Positions 18,915-28,739 of a DNA stretch of 64,000 nt are shown here, in pieces. Source of the DNA: a virus. Lineage: Duplodnaviria > Caudoviricetes. A program made the position numbers and the translations under genes. The notes under the pieces were generated by a model. The model had not been told where the DNA came from and did no database searches. It saw nothing but the letters and a program-made list of their open reading frames with translations. Each line of letters starts with the position of its first letter. The first letter of the stretch is position 1. Location of the stretch: the IMG/VR virus record IMGVR_UViG_3300035660_000007, positions 841 to 64,840 of that record, one strand, 5' to 3'.

Positions 18915-21056
18915 ATGGCGCTGGCTTTCGGGGCATCCGGGCAGGCAAAGGCGGCGACCAACCCAGTCACGCTTTCGTTCACCTGCCCCGCAAACACGCG
19001 GGTATTGGTGATAGGGCTCGCGGTTGGCAGCCTGACGGCTAGGGCAGGCACTCCCACCTACAACGCCCTGCCGATGACGCAGGCCTACGCCCGCCAGCAG
19101 GCGGCGAGCGAGGTGGCGGCGGAGATGTGGTATCTCGTCAACCCGCCCATCGAGTCAGCCTACGACATCAGCGTGCCCAACGCCGGACTGCTGAGCGTCA
19201 GGGTCATAGCCTCCTGCTACACCAGCGCGACGGCCACGGGCGCGGCCCTCGATGTCGCCAACGGTCAGGCGGGCACGATTCTGAATCCGTCCACATCCGT
19301 CACGACGGCGGCCGACGGGGACGCCATCGTCGACATCATGGCGAACTCTCTGAATACCGCGGAGACGGGGCGCAATCGGACGCTACTCTATGCCACGGAC
19401 GAGGGAACATGGAATTCGGCGGCGCAGTATGCGTTGCAGGCGACGCACGCCACCATAGCGTTCAGCCACACCATCGCCGCCGCGAGCTGGGGCCACATCG
19501 TCGCCGCCTTCAAGGAAGCCACGACGTACGACGAGAAGGGCAAGTCGCAGGCACTGCTAGCCGCGCAGGGCAACAATGCGGCCGCCCTGCGTAAGGAATC
19601 GCGTTCCCAGGGCGTGCTCGCGTCGCAGTCGCGCGCGGATACTGCGGCTCGGAACGAGATCGGGCGGTTGATCGCGCTGTTGCTGCCGCAGGCGCGCGCC
19701 GCCTCCGCGACCCGGAACGAATCGGGGCGCACTCAGTCGGTTTCGTTCGCGCAGTCCCGCAGCGACTCCAGGGTCTTCCTCGAAAGCCGGCCGCAGGCCG
19801 TAACCGTCGCGCAATCCGGCATGGACGTGGCCTATCGGGTGGAAACCCGGGCGCAGGACTTGTTGGCCGCGCAATCGCGGAGCGATGCTCGAACGCTCCA
19901 CGAGATGATGATGCAGCCTATACTAGCCGCGCAAGCGCATGCCGACGTCGCGCAGTGCGTTGAAGCGCAACCAGAGGTCTTGCTGATACCACAATCGGGC
20001 ACAGATGTTGCGGACCTCGTGGACGCGCGGGCGCAGGTATTGAAGGCCGCGCAGGGACGCGCCGACAGCGCGAGGTTTGCCGAGGCGCGGATGCAGGCGC
20101 TGACCGCCAGCCAGTCCCGGTCGGACGCAGCGCAATGGGCGGAGCCGGGGCGGTCGCAGGCATTGGCGCTGATGCAAGGCGAAAGCGATGCGCAGTTGCT
20201 GGTCGCATCGCATTCCCAGATGCTGCTGGCGGGGGCAGATCGGCAGGATCGAGCGGGCTGGGTCGAGACCCGGACGGCGCCCATGATAATCGCGCAGGTC
20301 TGCGCGGGGCGGGCCATCCTGCGGGAGAGCGAATCGCAGGCGATTCTCGCCCCGCAGGGGCGATCGGACGCGGCTGTCCGGGCGGATGCGACCTTGCAGG
20401 CCCTGCGGTTCGGGCACCAGCAAGCGGACGCAGCGGTCCTCGTCGAGGGTCGCAGCGGAGCGCTGCTGTTCATGCAGAGCGAAACCGACGTGCCGTCGGG
20501 CGCGTATGAATCGCCCTCGCAGACGATACTGCTGGGCGTGGCGCGCGGTGATGCGGCGATGCGGGTCGAAGAGCGGGCGCAGCAACTGCTGACGATGCAG
20601 TCGACATCTGCCGGCTGTTCAGCGGTCGAGGATAAGGTGCAGACGCTGACCTGCGTGCAATGGCGGTCGGACGCGGCGCTGCGAATCGAGGCGCGTTCGC
20701 AGTCGCTGCTCTGTACCCAGGATCGTACCGATTCCTACCAGATGGGCGGGTGGTACGAGGGCGTCACGCAGACGGTCCTCGTGTGGCTGGCGCGCCGGGA
20801 CGCGGCCCGCCTGTTGGACGCGACCTGGGCGCATGTGCTGCTGGCCCAGGCGCGGGGCGAGCGCGCGGGATACGTGGAGCGGCGCAGTCAGACGCTCGCG
20901 ATGATGGAGGTCGGGCGGGACGCCGTGCCGGCTCCCCCGCTGCGCAGGTCGGCGGCGCTGAGTGCGGGCGTGGCAGCCACTGCAGCCATTCCGGCCGGCG
21001 TGGTCGCGCGCCAGACGGCGCTGAGCGTCCTTGCATCCGTCGAAGGCCAAATATAG
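18915..21056 (+). CDS. Repetitive fibre-like protein: beta-rich N-domain plus about 23 repeats of 20 aa
   Basis: Repeat consensus E-x-R-x-Q-x-L-x3-Q-S-R-S-D-A-x4 from about residue 205. Confidence 0.75.
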   Translation: MALAFGASGQAKAATNPVTLSFTCPANTRVLVIGLAVGSLTARAGTPTYNALPMTQAYARQQAASEVAAEMWYLVNPPIESAYDISVPNAGLLSVRVIASCYTSATATGAALDVANGQAGTILNPSTSVTTAADGDAIVDIMANSLNTAETGRNRTLLYATDEGTWNSAAQYALQATHATIAFSHTIAAASWGHIVAAFKEATTYDEKGKSQALLAAQGNNAAALRKESRSQGVLASQSRADTAARNEIGRLIALLLPQARAASATRNESGRTQSVSFAQSRSDSRVFLESRPQAVTVAQSGMDVAYRVETRAQDLLAAQSRSDARTLHEMMMQPILAAQAHADVAQCVEAQPEVLLIPQSGTDVADLVDARAQVLKAAQGRADSARFAEARMQALTASQSRSDAAQWAEPGRSQALALMQGESDAQLLVASHSQMLLAGADRQDRAGWVETRTAPMIIAQVCAGRAILRESESQAILAPQGRSDAAVRADATLQALRFGHQQADAAVLVEGRSGALLFMQSETDVPSGAYESPSQTILLGVARGDAAMRVEERAQQLLTMQSTSAGCSAVEDKVQTLTCVQWRSDAALRIEARSQSLLCTQDRTDSYQMGGWYEGVTQTVLVWLARRDAARLLDATWAHVLLAQARGERAGYVERRSQTLAMMEVGRDAVPAPPLRRSAALSAGVAATAAIPAGVVARQTALSVLASVEGQI

Positions 21057-21068
21057 GAGGGCGAAGCG

Positions 21069-21359
21069 ATGCCGGACTTCCACGTCGGGGATTACGGCGG
21101 AATGATAGAGGTGGCATTGACCCAGGCGGGCAAGCCCTTCGACCCGACGGGGGCCGCGGTCACCGTCGTCTTCTATGCGTCGGGGACGGTCAAGCCCGCG
21201 GTCTCGATGGAGGTCATGGCACCGCTGGCGGCGGGCAAGGTGCGTTACGCGATTCCGAAGGGGCTGCTGGACGTCGAGGGCGACTGGCGGGCCAAGCTGA
21301 CGGTGACGAAGCCGGATGCCATCCTGCAGGCGTGGTTCGAGTTTTCCGTCGGCGCTTGA
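21069..21359 (+). CDS. BppU-N-like small beta-sandwich virion protein
   Basis: VGDYG...GKPFDPTGA...GKVRY...LDVEGDW...FSV. Confidence 0.6.
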   Translation: MPDFHVGDYGGMIEVALTQAGKPFDPTGAAVTVVFYASGTVKPAVSMEVMAPLAAGKVRYAIPKGLLDVEGDWRAKLTVTKPDAILQAWFEFSVGA

Positions 21360-21375
21360 AGATGGGAGCGTGGGC

Positions 21376-21654
21376 GTGTCGAACCCGAAGGTATTGGAGA
21401 CGCCGCTCGAGGCCCAGGTTTCGCGGCTCGATGAGGTCGTGCTGCAGGCGTGGCGCTGTAACATCTGGCCGGGGCCGGACCCCTCGGTCATCAGCGAATA
21501 TGTGGCGGTGCTGCGCGGCAGAGGCTTGGCGGCGGACGTACAGGCGGGCGACGTGCTGACTGTGGCGGCGCGGCGCTACCGGGTGGCGCGGGCTTGGCCC
21601 GCGCGCTGGTGCGGGTTAGTGAACGTGACGGAGCTAATCGTCGAGGAGGAATAA
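21376..21654 (+). CDS. Head-closure-like protein, copy 2
   Basis: WRCNI...ADVQAGDVLTV..RYRVARAWP resembles WKCRL...ADVRTGDRLLI..WYVVRTAWP of 17995-18333; start uncertain. Confidence 0.6.
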   Translation: MSNPKVLETPLEAQVSRLDEVVLQAWRCNIWPGPDPSVISEYVAVLRGRGLAADVQAGDVLTVAARRYRVARAWPARWCGLVNVTELIVEEE

Positions 21655-21655
21655 G

Positions 21656-21967
21656 ATGGCTGGAAAGGATGCTCCGGTAAGGAGCAGGTGGCAGGGTGGT
21701 CGTTGTGCTAGCCCCGACGCGAAGCGCAGCTGGGAGGACGGGCAGGCGCTCGCGGCCGAGGTGAAGCCAAGTCTGGTCGCGGAGACGAGCCAGATCAAGG
21801 TGGCGAAGCGCAAGGGCGAAGCCTGGCTGACGAAGTGCGGGTTCCACGACGTCGGGGACGCCTTCGCCTATGCAGTGTCCGCGCTTCTCCAGGGCGCGGC
21901 GGATGAGGTGGAGGTCGTCGCGAGGTTCCGGTTGCGCCTCAGGAAGCCGCGCGCCAAGAAGGTATAG
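21656..21967 (+). CDS. Hypothetical protein
   Basis: GAGGAGG RBS; in operon. Confidence 0.55.
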   Translation: MAGKDAPVRSRWQGGRCASPDAKRSWEDGQALAAEVKPSLVAETSQIKVAKRKGEAWLTKCGFHDVGDAFAYAVSALLQGAADEVEVVARFRLRLRKPRAKKV

Positions 21968-21970
21968 GGC

Positions 21971-22456
21971 ATGCCCTACCGCGCCCCCGTCGGCCCGGCC
22001 CCCACCGCCACGATGCGCGCGCGGGTGGTCGGGTCGGAGCAGCTGCACCTCAAGTTCGGGGCCCTCGGGGCCGAGACGCAGGCGCTGCTGGGCAAGCTGG
22101 TGATGATGGGCGGGCGGAAGATCGAGGCCCTGGCCGCCGCGGGCTGCCCGGTGGACACTGGCCGGCTGCGCGGGAGCATCACGACCCAGCTGCTCTACGC
22201 CGACATGCGCGGGGCCATGGCGCGGGTGGGACCGCACGTCGAGTACGGCATATTCGTGGAGATGGGGACGAGGCCGCACCTTGCGCCCGTGGGGGAGCGG
22301 TGGGCGCGCCGCCACGGGTTCCCCAAGGGCACGCGCATCATCCGGGTCAGCGGCCGGCCCCACCCGTTCATGCGTCCGGCCGCCATACAGGGGATGCCGT
22401 TCGTGCGCGGACTGTGGGACGCGGCCCTGCGAAAGCACTTCGGGCGCAAGCGATGA
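21971..22456 (+). CDS. HK97 gp10-family tail/neck component
   Basis: CPVDTGRLRGSI...VEYGIFVEMGT...PHPFMRPA. Confidence 0.9.
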   Translation: MPYRAPVGPAPTATMRARVVGSEQLHLKFGALGAETQALLGKLVMMGGRKIEALAAAGCPVDTGRLRGSITTQLLYADMRGAMARVGPHVEYGIFVEMGTRPHLAPVGERWARRHGFPKGTRIIRVSGRPHPFMRPAAIQGMPFVRGLWDAALRKHFGRKR

Positions 22457-23628
22457 AGAGGCCGCCGCCCGGGGCCTACGACGGCTACACCTTCAGGCTC
22501 CTGGCGGAGCCCTGGACGGCCTCCACCTTTTCGTTCGCCCTCGGCGCGGACGAGTGGGACGTGCAGTGCATCTTCGGCCTGACCGAGAGGATGGAGGGGG
22601 CGGCCGATCCGCGCAGCGACCCGACCGCGCGCGTGGACCGCCCGGGCATGCCCCGCATGCACGTCGGCGTGATGATGCCCGGCGGCCTCGGCGACGACCT
22701 GTGGATGGGGGCGGTGTGCGCCGCGGCGAAGCGGAAGCATCCCGGCTGCCACGTCACAGCCTTCTCGCGCGGCGACGGGGACACGCCGATCCTTGGGCGC
22801 CATCCAGCCATCGACAGATTAGTGCGCATGGGGCGGTGGCGGCGGTGGAACGACCTGGCGGCCGAGATGGCTCCCCGGTTCGACCTGCTGCTCGACGTGC
22901 GCTACGTCACCAAGACCACCTACCGCCAGGGCCTCGAGCCCGAGGAGCAGGCGGCGTGCGACGCCGCCTGGCAGGGCTGGGCGCAGGAGTGGTGGGACTT
23001 CCCGGCCCGCAACGACAAGACCGCGCGCCGCTGGGGCCAGCACCTCTTGGGGTTGATAGCCCAGACCGGGAGGCTGGACGCCAGGCCGGACGACATGCGG
23101 CTGCACCTCGACCCCCGCGACACCTACAAAGCCGGCCTGCTGCAGCGTCCTTACGCCGTCGTGCACTGCGCGGACGCGCTGGCGCGCGGCACGAAGCGCT
23201 GGCCGACGCGCCACTGGCTCCGCCTCGTCGAATGGCTGCGCGGGCGCATCAACGTCGTGCAGATCGGCATGCCGTACGAGGAGGATGCGGGGGCGGGCGT
23301 GGACCTCCGGGGCCGGACCAACCCGTTCGAAATGTGCAGCGTCATCGAGGGGGCGCGGGTGCTGATCGACAGCGAGGGCGGCCCGGCGCACATCTCCCGG
23401 GCGTTCGGCACGCCGGCGGTGGTATTATTCGGCCCGACGACGAAGGAATCGTTCGGCTACCCGGAGAACGTCAACATCACGTCGCCGTTTCGGTGCACCG
23501 GCTGCGCATGGTCGCACGAGTTCTGGTACTCGGACTGCGCGCTGGGTGAGGCAGAGCCGCCGTGCATGGCGGCGATAGAGCCGGAGGCGGTGATGGCAGC
23601 GGCGGAGCCGCTGCTGGAGGGCGGATAG
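22453..23628 (+). CDS. Glycosyltransferase family 9 (heptosyltransferase-like)
   Basis: GGLGDDL...TKRWP...DLRGRT...LIDSEGGPAHISRAFGTPAVVLFGPT; Cys-rich end (C..C...C...CM..I). Confidence 0.9.
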   Translation: MKRPPPGAYDGYTFRLLAEPWTASTFSFALGADEWDVQCIFGLTERMEGAADPRSDPTARVDRPGMPRMHVGVMMPGGLGDDLWMGAVCAAAKRKHPGCHVTAFSRGDGDTPILGRHPAIDRLVRMGRWRRWNDLAAEMAPRFDLLLDVRYVTKTTYRQGLEPEEQAACDAAWQGWAQEWWDFPARNDKTARRWGQHLLGLIAQTGRLDARPDDMRLHLDPRDTYKAGLLQRPYAVVHCADALARGTKRWPTRHWLRLVEWLRGRINVVQIGMPYEEDAGAGVDLRGRTNPFEMCSVIEGARVLIDSEGGPAHISRAFGTPAVVLFGPTTKESFGYPENVNITSPFRCTGCAWSHEFWYSDCALGEAEPPCMAAIEPEAVMAAAEPLLEGG

Positions 23629-24369
23629 ATGGCGCAAGGTGCGAGGCGGATCGAGCTCCAGCCTCTGCGCGACCTGAACCACAGGCGCGACGGGACGGGG
23701 CGGCTAAGGCGGCCGTCGGCCATGCCGCGTCGGGCCTGCATCCTGGGCACTCAAGTCTGCCGGTTTCTAGCCGAGGCCCGCGACGAGACGAACCTGCAGG
23801 TCTGGCGGTGCTGCCACCCGGGCGGAGGGTTCGAGGTAGACCCGCACGACGCGGAGTCAGTCTGCGGCATGGGCGAGACCATACGCACCAGCGCGCGGAT
23901 GAGGAAGTGGCGCATCCCCTCCGATCTGCTCATGCTCAAGGAGGAGATGGCGAAGGGACGGGGGTGGACCAAGCGGGCCGCGGTTCGGCTAGGCGTTAGC
24001 CCGGGCGCGGTGGATCACGCCCGGCGGGCGTTGCTGCCAGAGACGCGCACGAATACAACCCCCGTCGCCAAAAGCGTCCTCGCAAGGGCGCTGTCGCTGT
24101 ATCACGAGGCGCGGATGGCGCGCCAGAAGTATGCGCGGTTCTGCCGGGAGAACGGCGTCAAGCAGACGAATGCGCGCACGCGGTACTGGCAGAGGATGCG
24201 GCGGGCCGACAGGATTCCATGCAGGGACCTGGAACACGTAATCTGGACGGACAGACCAAAGGGAGCAAAACATGGCAAAGTGGGTTCTGGCAATGGCGGT
24301 TCTGCTGATGGCGGGGTGCGTCGAGACGGTGGTGGTGTCGGGCGCAAACGCGACGCTTCGCCCGCCTGA
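23629..24369 (+). CDS. Hypothetical protein with an HTH-like motif
   Basis: WTKRAAVRLGVSPGAVDHARRA; Cys-rich N-half. Confidence 0.5.
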   Translation: MAQGARRIELQPLRDLNHRRDGTGRLRRPSAMPRRACILGTQVCRFLAEARDETNLQVWRCCHPGGGFEVDPHDAESVCGMGETIRTSARMRKWRIPSDLLMLKEEMAKGRGWTKRAAVRLGVSPGAVDHARRALLPETRTNTTPVAKSVLARALSLYHEARMARQKYARFCRENGVKQTNARTRYWQRMRRADRIPCRDLEHVIWTDRPKGAKHGKVGSGNGGSADGGVRRDGGGVGRKRDASPA

Positions 24370-24742
24370 CCCGGCACTCGTGTGCCTGACGCCGCAGTTG
24401 AGTCTGCAGCCGGGCGCACAGGGGACGCTCAAATGGGAGGCCAGCGTGCCTGCTGGCACGAGCATCACGAACAAGGCGACGCTGTCGGGCACGGCTGGGG
24501 GCGTGAACTTCTCAGTGGACAGTAACCCGGTGAGGATCAACGTGGCAGAGCCTACTGCGACGGTCGCCACCTTCTCTTGGACGATTCCTGCGGTTGCGCA
24601 GTTCGTAAGCGGCACGGTTACCAAGGCGGATGGGAGCAATGCGACGATTGCCGCGCCCGTGGCTGGCGTGGTGTCCGTCGCATGCGGCCCTATCGCGGCG
24701 GGCGAGAAGGCGACGATTGCTGTGGTGATCAAGGCGCTGTGA
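24272..24742 (+). CDS. Lipoprotein with a DUF11-like Ig fold
   Basis: Signal peptide with lipobox LMAG-C; VPAGTSITNKATL...IPAVAQFVSGT...GPIAAGEKATI. Confidence 0.7.
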   Translation: MAKWVLAMAVLLMAGCVETVVVSGANATLRPPDPALVCLTPQLSLQPGAQGTLKWEASVPAGTSITNKATLSGTAGGVNFSVDSNPVRINVAEPTATVATFSWTIPAVAQFVSGTVTKADGSNATIAAPVAGVVSVACGPIAAGEKATIAVVIKAL

Positions 24743-24747
24743 TACAG

Positions 24748-25002
24748 ATGGGACCGTGGCACTTCCGGGTGCGCGCATTGGGTCTGCTGATTGAGGGCTG
24801 GCCGTGGTGGGTGTCCATAAACTACCGGCGAATGGCACCGCCGGGACTGGTGCCGTGGTATCGGGCCGTATTTATCTTATGGCATGACCGGCGTGGCTGG
24901 CAATGGTTCTGGGCCCCCTGGGCGCACCGACGATACCGGGTCGCCAGGGGAATCCCATTCGCGCGCAGAAGCCGGAGGGCGAAGTGCAGAGACGGCTGCT
25001 GA
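24748..25002 (+). CDS. Trp/Arg-rich hypothetical protein
   Basis: Fills the gap between genes. Confidence 0.4.
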   Translation: MGPWHFRVRALGLLIEGWPWWVSINYRRMAPPGLVPWYRAVFILWHDRRGWQWFWAPWAHRRYRVARGIPFARRSRRAKCRDGC

Positions 25003-27080
25003 AGGTCGCGTTCCTCGGCAAGCTCGGCGCGGGCGGCCAGGAGGAACAGCTGGCGCGCACCGCGCGCGCCATGTCGGCACACGCTGACGTTGGACTGATC
25101 TCCGACGACCCTGGCATACGCATCAGCCTCGAGGGGTTCAACGTGGCGCATGTCTTCCACTCCTCCGACGGGCTGTGCCTCGCGCGCCTGCAGGCGGGAC
25201 AGCGCCACCGCTGCGCCACCGCCTACAGCACGATATGGTGGCCGCCTGAGCCGACGATGGACTATGCGACCAGGCTGGGGATGTATACGGCCCACGAGTC
25301 CGCCATGTACTGCTCGCGCACGCGCGCGATGTACGCCGGTTTCCTGGGGCAGGCCGACGTGCTCCTGCCCAACAGTAGGCGCGAGGCCGAGGAGCTGATG
25401 AAGGTCGGGGGGATGCACGGCGCGATGTTCCCGGTGGTGAATGCGGCCCCGCCTGAACTGCTCACGGCGGCGCCGTCGCTGGCGTTGCCGCCCGGGGGAC
25501 GCGGTGCCATAATCCTGTGCGCAGGCCGGCTGGAGCCGCGGAAGAACCAGCTGGCGCTGATCCAGGCGTTCCAGCTCGCGCGCCTGGAGGGCTGGAGGCT
25601 GGTGCTGGCCGGCTCCGTGACGCACGACCCGGTCTACGCGAGCATGTGCCGCAGGGCGGCGGATGGGTGGGACGGGATCGAGTTCGCCGGCGAGTTGCCG
25701 CAGCCCGAGCTGTGGGCGCTGATGGCGCGTTGCGCCGTCTACGCGCAACCGTCCTGGGCCGAGACGCCCGGCTTGGCCAGCATCGAGGCCGGCCTGCTGG
25801 GCTGCTGCCTCGTGTGCGGGGACGGCAGCACGAAGGAGGCATTCGGGCCGTTCGCGGACTACTGCGAGCCCGGACGCGTCGGGATGATCGCCGGCGCGCT
25901 GCAGCAGGCCGCGCGGCAGGGGCCGCTCAGCGCGGGGCAGCAGGAGGCCCAGCGCGACCACCTGTCGACGCTGACCTGGGAGAGGGCGGCCCTGCAGACC
26001 GCCCACGCCTACCTGCAGGCGATGGTGTCGGCCCCCGATTGGCGGGCCAGGTTGGGCGAAGTGCGGGTGGCGGCACCGGCCGGGGCGGTGGCGATCTTCA
26101 GCGGGGCGGGCGCGTGGGATACCGGCGGCGGGCAGCGGACGGCGCAGCTCGCGCGGGAGTTCGCGCGAGCCGGCATCCTGTCCGTGCTGGTGCAGGTCCC
26201 GGGCGTGCCGCCCGCGATGCTGCACGACTTCGTGGTGGCGCAGGAGGAGAGGGCGTTCGACCTGCTGGCCGCGGTGGACGCGGCGAGGCGTCTGGCCGTC
26301 ATCGCCGTCCCGTTCCCGTCCTACGCCTCGACCGCGGCTCGCCTGCGGGAGGCAGGCTGGCGCGTGGCCTACGATCTGCTGGACGACTGGGAGGGGTTCA
26401 GGGACATGGGGCAGGGCGACTGGTACGACGCGAATGCGGAGCGCGCGCTGGTGGGCACGGCCGACGCCGTCGTGGCCACGTCGCGGGCGCTGCAGGCGCG
26501 GGCCGTCGAGCTGGGCGCGTCCGCGGCCGCCCGCGTGCCGAACGGCTACGCGCCGCAGTCCGCGGAGGCACAGGGCGGCAGGCTGGCACGCGGGACCGTC
26601 ACGGTGGCCTACCTCGGCACGCTCTACGGCCGCTGGCTGGACTGGGGCCTGCTGACTGCGATATGCGATGCCCGGCCCGACTGGACGATCAACCTGATAG
26701 GGCCCGACCGGCCGCGCGACGCGCCGGTCAGGCCGAACCTCTGCTACATCGGGCCCGTGCCGCACGAGGCCGTCGGGGCGTGGCTGCGGCAGGCGGACGT
26801 GGGGATCGTGCCGTTCGCGGCCGGGAGGGTCGCGGCCGCGGTCTCCCCCGTCAAGGCGTACGATTACCTTGCGGCCGGCCTGCCCGTAGTGGCGACGCAG
26901 GGGATGGACGACTTGGCCGGCATGCCAGGCGTGGTGTTCGCGGCGACGCTGGAGGAGTGGTTGGCGCAGATCGAGCACGGCGCGGCATCCCCGCTCAGCG
27001 AGGGGGAGCAGGAGGCGGCGCTGGTCGGCGCGACGTGGCGCGAGAGGGCGGCGGCGTTCCTGGAGGCGGCGGGATGGTGA
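24984..27080 (+). CDS. Tandem double GT-B glycosyltransferase (GT4-like)
   Basis: Domain 1: CAGRLEPRKNQ...QPSWAETPGLASIEA; domain 2: YDLLDDW...ADVGIVPF...SPVKAYDYLAAGLPVV. Confidence 0.9.
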   Translation: MQRRLLKVAFLGKLGAGGQEEQLARTARAMSAHADVGLISDDPGIRISLEGFNVAHVFHSSDGLCLARLQAGQRHRCATAYSTIWWPPEPTMDYATRLGMYTAHESAMYCSRTRAMYAGFLGQADVLLPNSRREAEELMKVGGMHGAMFPVVNAAPPELLTAAPSLALPPGGRGAIILCAGRLEPRKNQLALIQAFQLARLEGWRLVLAGSVTHDPVYASMCRRAADGWDGIEFAGELPQPELWALMARCAVYAQPSWAETPGLASIEAGLLGCCLVCGDGSTKEAFGPFADYCEPGRVGMIAGALQQAARQGPLSAGQQEAQRDHLSTLTWERAALQTAHAYLQAMVSAPDWRARLGEVRVAAPAGAVAIFSGAGAWDTGGGQRTAQLAREFARAGILSVLVQVPGVPPAMLHDFVVAQEERAFDLLAAVDAARRLAVIAVPFPSYASTAARLREAGWRVAYDLLDDWEGFRDMGQGDWYDANAERALVGTADAVVATSRALQARAVELGASAAARVPNGYAPQSAEAQGGRLARGTVTVAYLGTLYGRWLDWGLLTAICDARPDWTINLIGPDRPRDAPVRPNLCYIGPVPHEAVGAWLRQADVGIVPFAAGRVAAAVSPVKAYDYLAAGLPVVATQGMDDLAGMPGVVFAATLEEWLAQIEHGAASPLSEGEQEAALVGATWRERAAAFLEAAGW

Positions 27081-27247
27081 AGATCGGATACAAGGTACTG
27101 CTGATGGTGGCCTTTCTGTGCGCTGGGGTCCACCTGCGCTGCGGCGAATGGTGGGGCTTTGTGGGTGCCATGCTGATCGGATGCATCGCGCTGACGCTGC
27201 TGGAGTGCCGCATAGCGCGCGAGACGGAGGAGGCGGCGAGGCGATGA
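27074..27247 (+). CDS. Small two-TM membrane protein
   Basis: MVKIGYKVLLMVAFLC...WWGFVGAMLIGCIALTLL; coupled to neighbours. Confidence 0.55.
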   Translation: MVKIGYKVLLMVAFLCAGVHLRCGEWWGFVGAMLIGCIALTLLECRIARETEEAARR

Positions 27248-27675
27248 AGCGAAGAGGCTGGCTGATGCTGGAGGGCCGTATGAGCCGTCCCGGTCCGCCC
27301 ATCGGCATGCTGCGGGTGGGACCATTGCAGATAATCTGGGGGCCGGACGCGCCGACATGCGGGCATTTCGTCGTCTATTTGAACCTGCCCGGTGGGCGGT
27401 GCCTGATCATCTGGCGCTCCGGGCGTGGCGGCGAGGTGCGATTGCACGGCAGCATTCAAACCAGGCGACGGCGAACTCTCTGGATCATCACGATGGATAG
27501 GCTTTGCCGACTACTACCAGGACGCCATACCCGGCATTGGCAGGCGCCCCTCGAGTTCCGCCTGCCCGCCCCCGCCTCCATTGACGACCAGTTCCGCAGT
27601 CTGCGGTGCTGGATAGATCAGTCCATCCTCCAGGCCAGCCGGATGCCGTGGCCGAAGATGGACGGGAGAAGATGA
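27244..27675 (+). CDS. Hypothetical protein
   Basis: ATGA overlaps on both sides. Confidence 0.5.
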   Translation: MKRRGWLMLEGRMSRPGPPIGMLRVGPLQIIWGPDAPTCGHFVVYLNLPGGRCLIIWRSGRGGEVRLHGSIQTRRRRTLWIITMDRLCRLLPGRHTRHWQAPLEFRLPAPASIDDQFRSLRCWIDQSILQASRMPWPKMDGRR

Positions 27676-27893
27676 TGCCGGAGAAAGTTTGCCCGCTCAC
27701 GAAGCTGCTGTGCATCGAAAGTGCATGCGCTTGGTGGGACGCCGGCCAGGACATCATGGACCCGGCCTGCGCCTTGAGGACGCTGGTGGGCGCATTGTAT
27801 CTGCTGGCGCGGGCGGGTGCTGGACTGTCGCTCGCGACCCAGCGCCCGCTAGTGCAGCAAAGGGGCGTTGATGCCCAAGGCGAAGAGACATAG
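27672..27893 (+). CDS. Small Cys-rich protein
   Basis: CP..C....CAWW....CA pattern. Confidence 0.55.
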   Translation: MMPEKVCPLTKLLCIESACAWWDAGQDIMDPACALRTLVGALYLLARAGAGLSLATQRPLVQQRGVDAQGEET

Positions 27894-28023
27894 AGCGGGC
27901 TGCGCCAAGCGGAACAGGCGGCGATGCATGTGCAATCCCTGGAATCGGATGGGGAATGCCGCGGAGAGGCGCAAGCCGCGCGATCGGCTGACGAAGGCTG
28001 AAACAGAGGCGATATGCTGCTGA
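27871..28023 (+). CDS. 50-aa basic Cys-containing peptide
   Basis: MPKAKRHRAGCAKRNRRRCMCNPW..., AAGGGG RBS-like sequence, fills the gap. Confidence 0.4.
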   Translation: MPKAKRHRAGCAKRNRRRCMCNPWNRMGNAAERRKPRDRLTKAETEAICC

Positions 28024-28739
28024 CGGTCGAGGAGGTCTATGCCCTGGCCCGCGGCGCCCTCGCGGCCCGCGAGCCCTTCGCGCTCGTGCGCTGCGGGGAC
28101 GGCGAGGCGATCGCGATGGCGCAGGGCGAACTCGTGGACCAGAAGTGGGTGGAGCAGCACGCGGCGTGGCTGGCGCGCGGGGCCGGCATCGAATCGGGCG
28201 ACGCGGCGGCCGGGGAGGCGCTGGCGGAGGCGGTGCGGAACGCCGACGTGGTCGGCGTGCCGCTGTCCGGTGGCTATGCCTTCCGCCCGGAGTACCTGCC
28301 GCTGCTGCTGCAGGCGTTCGGGGCGCACGACGTGAATACCGCGAGCCTGAATGTCTGCGACTGCCTCGTGAACTACCGGTGGCACGAGCAGCGGATGCTG
28401 CTGACTTTAGGCATATACCGGCGCGTGATACTGGTTGGCAGGAGGGCGCCGGAGGCGCTCGCCCACCTGCAGCGGGCGGCCGACCCCGCCATGGGGCGCG
28501 CGAGCTTCTCGCTAGACATGACGGCGTTCGCGGGCGCGGTGCCCGGGCCGGAGGGTTTCGCCGGAGTGCCCGGCGTCGCGTCCGCCCTCGTCGCGCGTGC
28601 CGGTGACTTTGACTTGGCGCTGGTCGGCGCAGGGGCGTGCGCGCTCCCTATCTGCGTGGCCGCCAAGACGCTCGGCAAGGTCGCGATTGATCTTGGTGGG
28701 ATTCTCGATAAATGGGCGCGCGGAGAGATATTGCTCTAG
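28014..28739 (+). CDS. GT-D-fold glycosyltransferase-like protein
   Basis: FALVRCGDGE...AVRNADVVG...FDLALVGAG...GKVAIDLG. Confidence 0.8.
   Translation: MLLTVEEVYALARGALAAREPFALVRCGDGEAIAMAQGELVDQKWVEQHAAWLARGAGIESGDAAAGEALAEAVRNADVVGVPLSGGYAFRPEYLPLLLQAFGAHDVNTASLNVCDCLVNYRWHEQRMLLTLGIYRRVILVGRRAPEALAHLQRAADPAMGRASFSLDMTAFAGAVPGPEGFAGVPGVASALVARAGDFDLALVGAGACALPICVAAKTLGKVAIDLGGILDKWARGEILL

Noticed and set aside
24822-27308. Long antisense and alternate-frame ORFs (for example 828 aa at 24822-27308, 477 aa at 9331-10764, 494 aa at 10918-12402)
   Set aside because: Arg/Pro/Gly-rich shadows expected opposite high-GC genes; no motifs or RBS, unlike the nested ORF at 57458-58423
27938-27946. 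Additional partial late-motif matches (CCTGGAATC at 27938; similar partial matches near 18886, 53807 and 55394)
   Set aside because: Inside or at the stop of coding sequence and lacking the full core; may be chance
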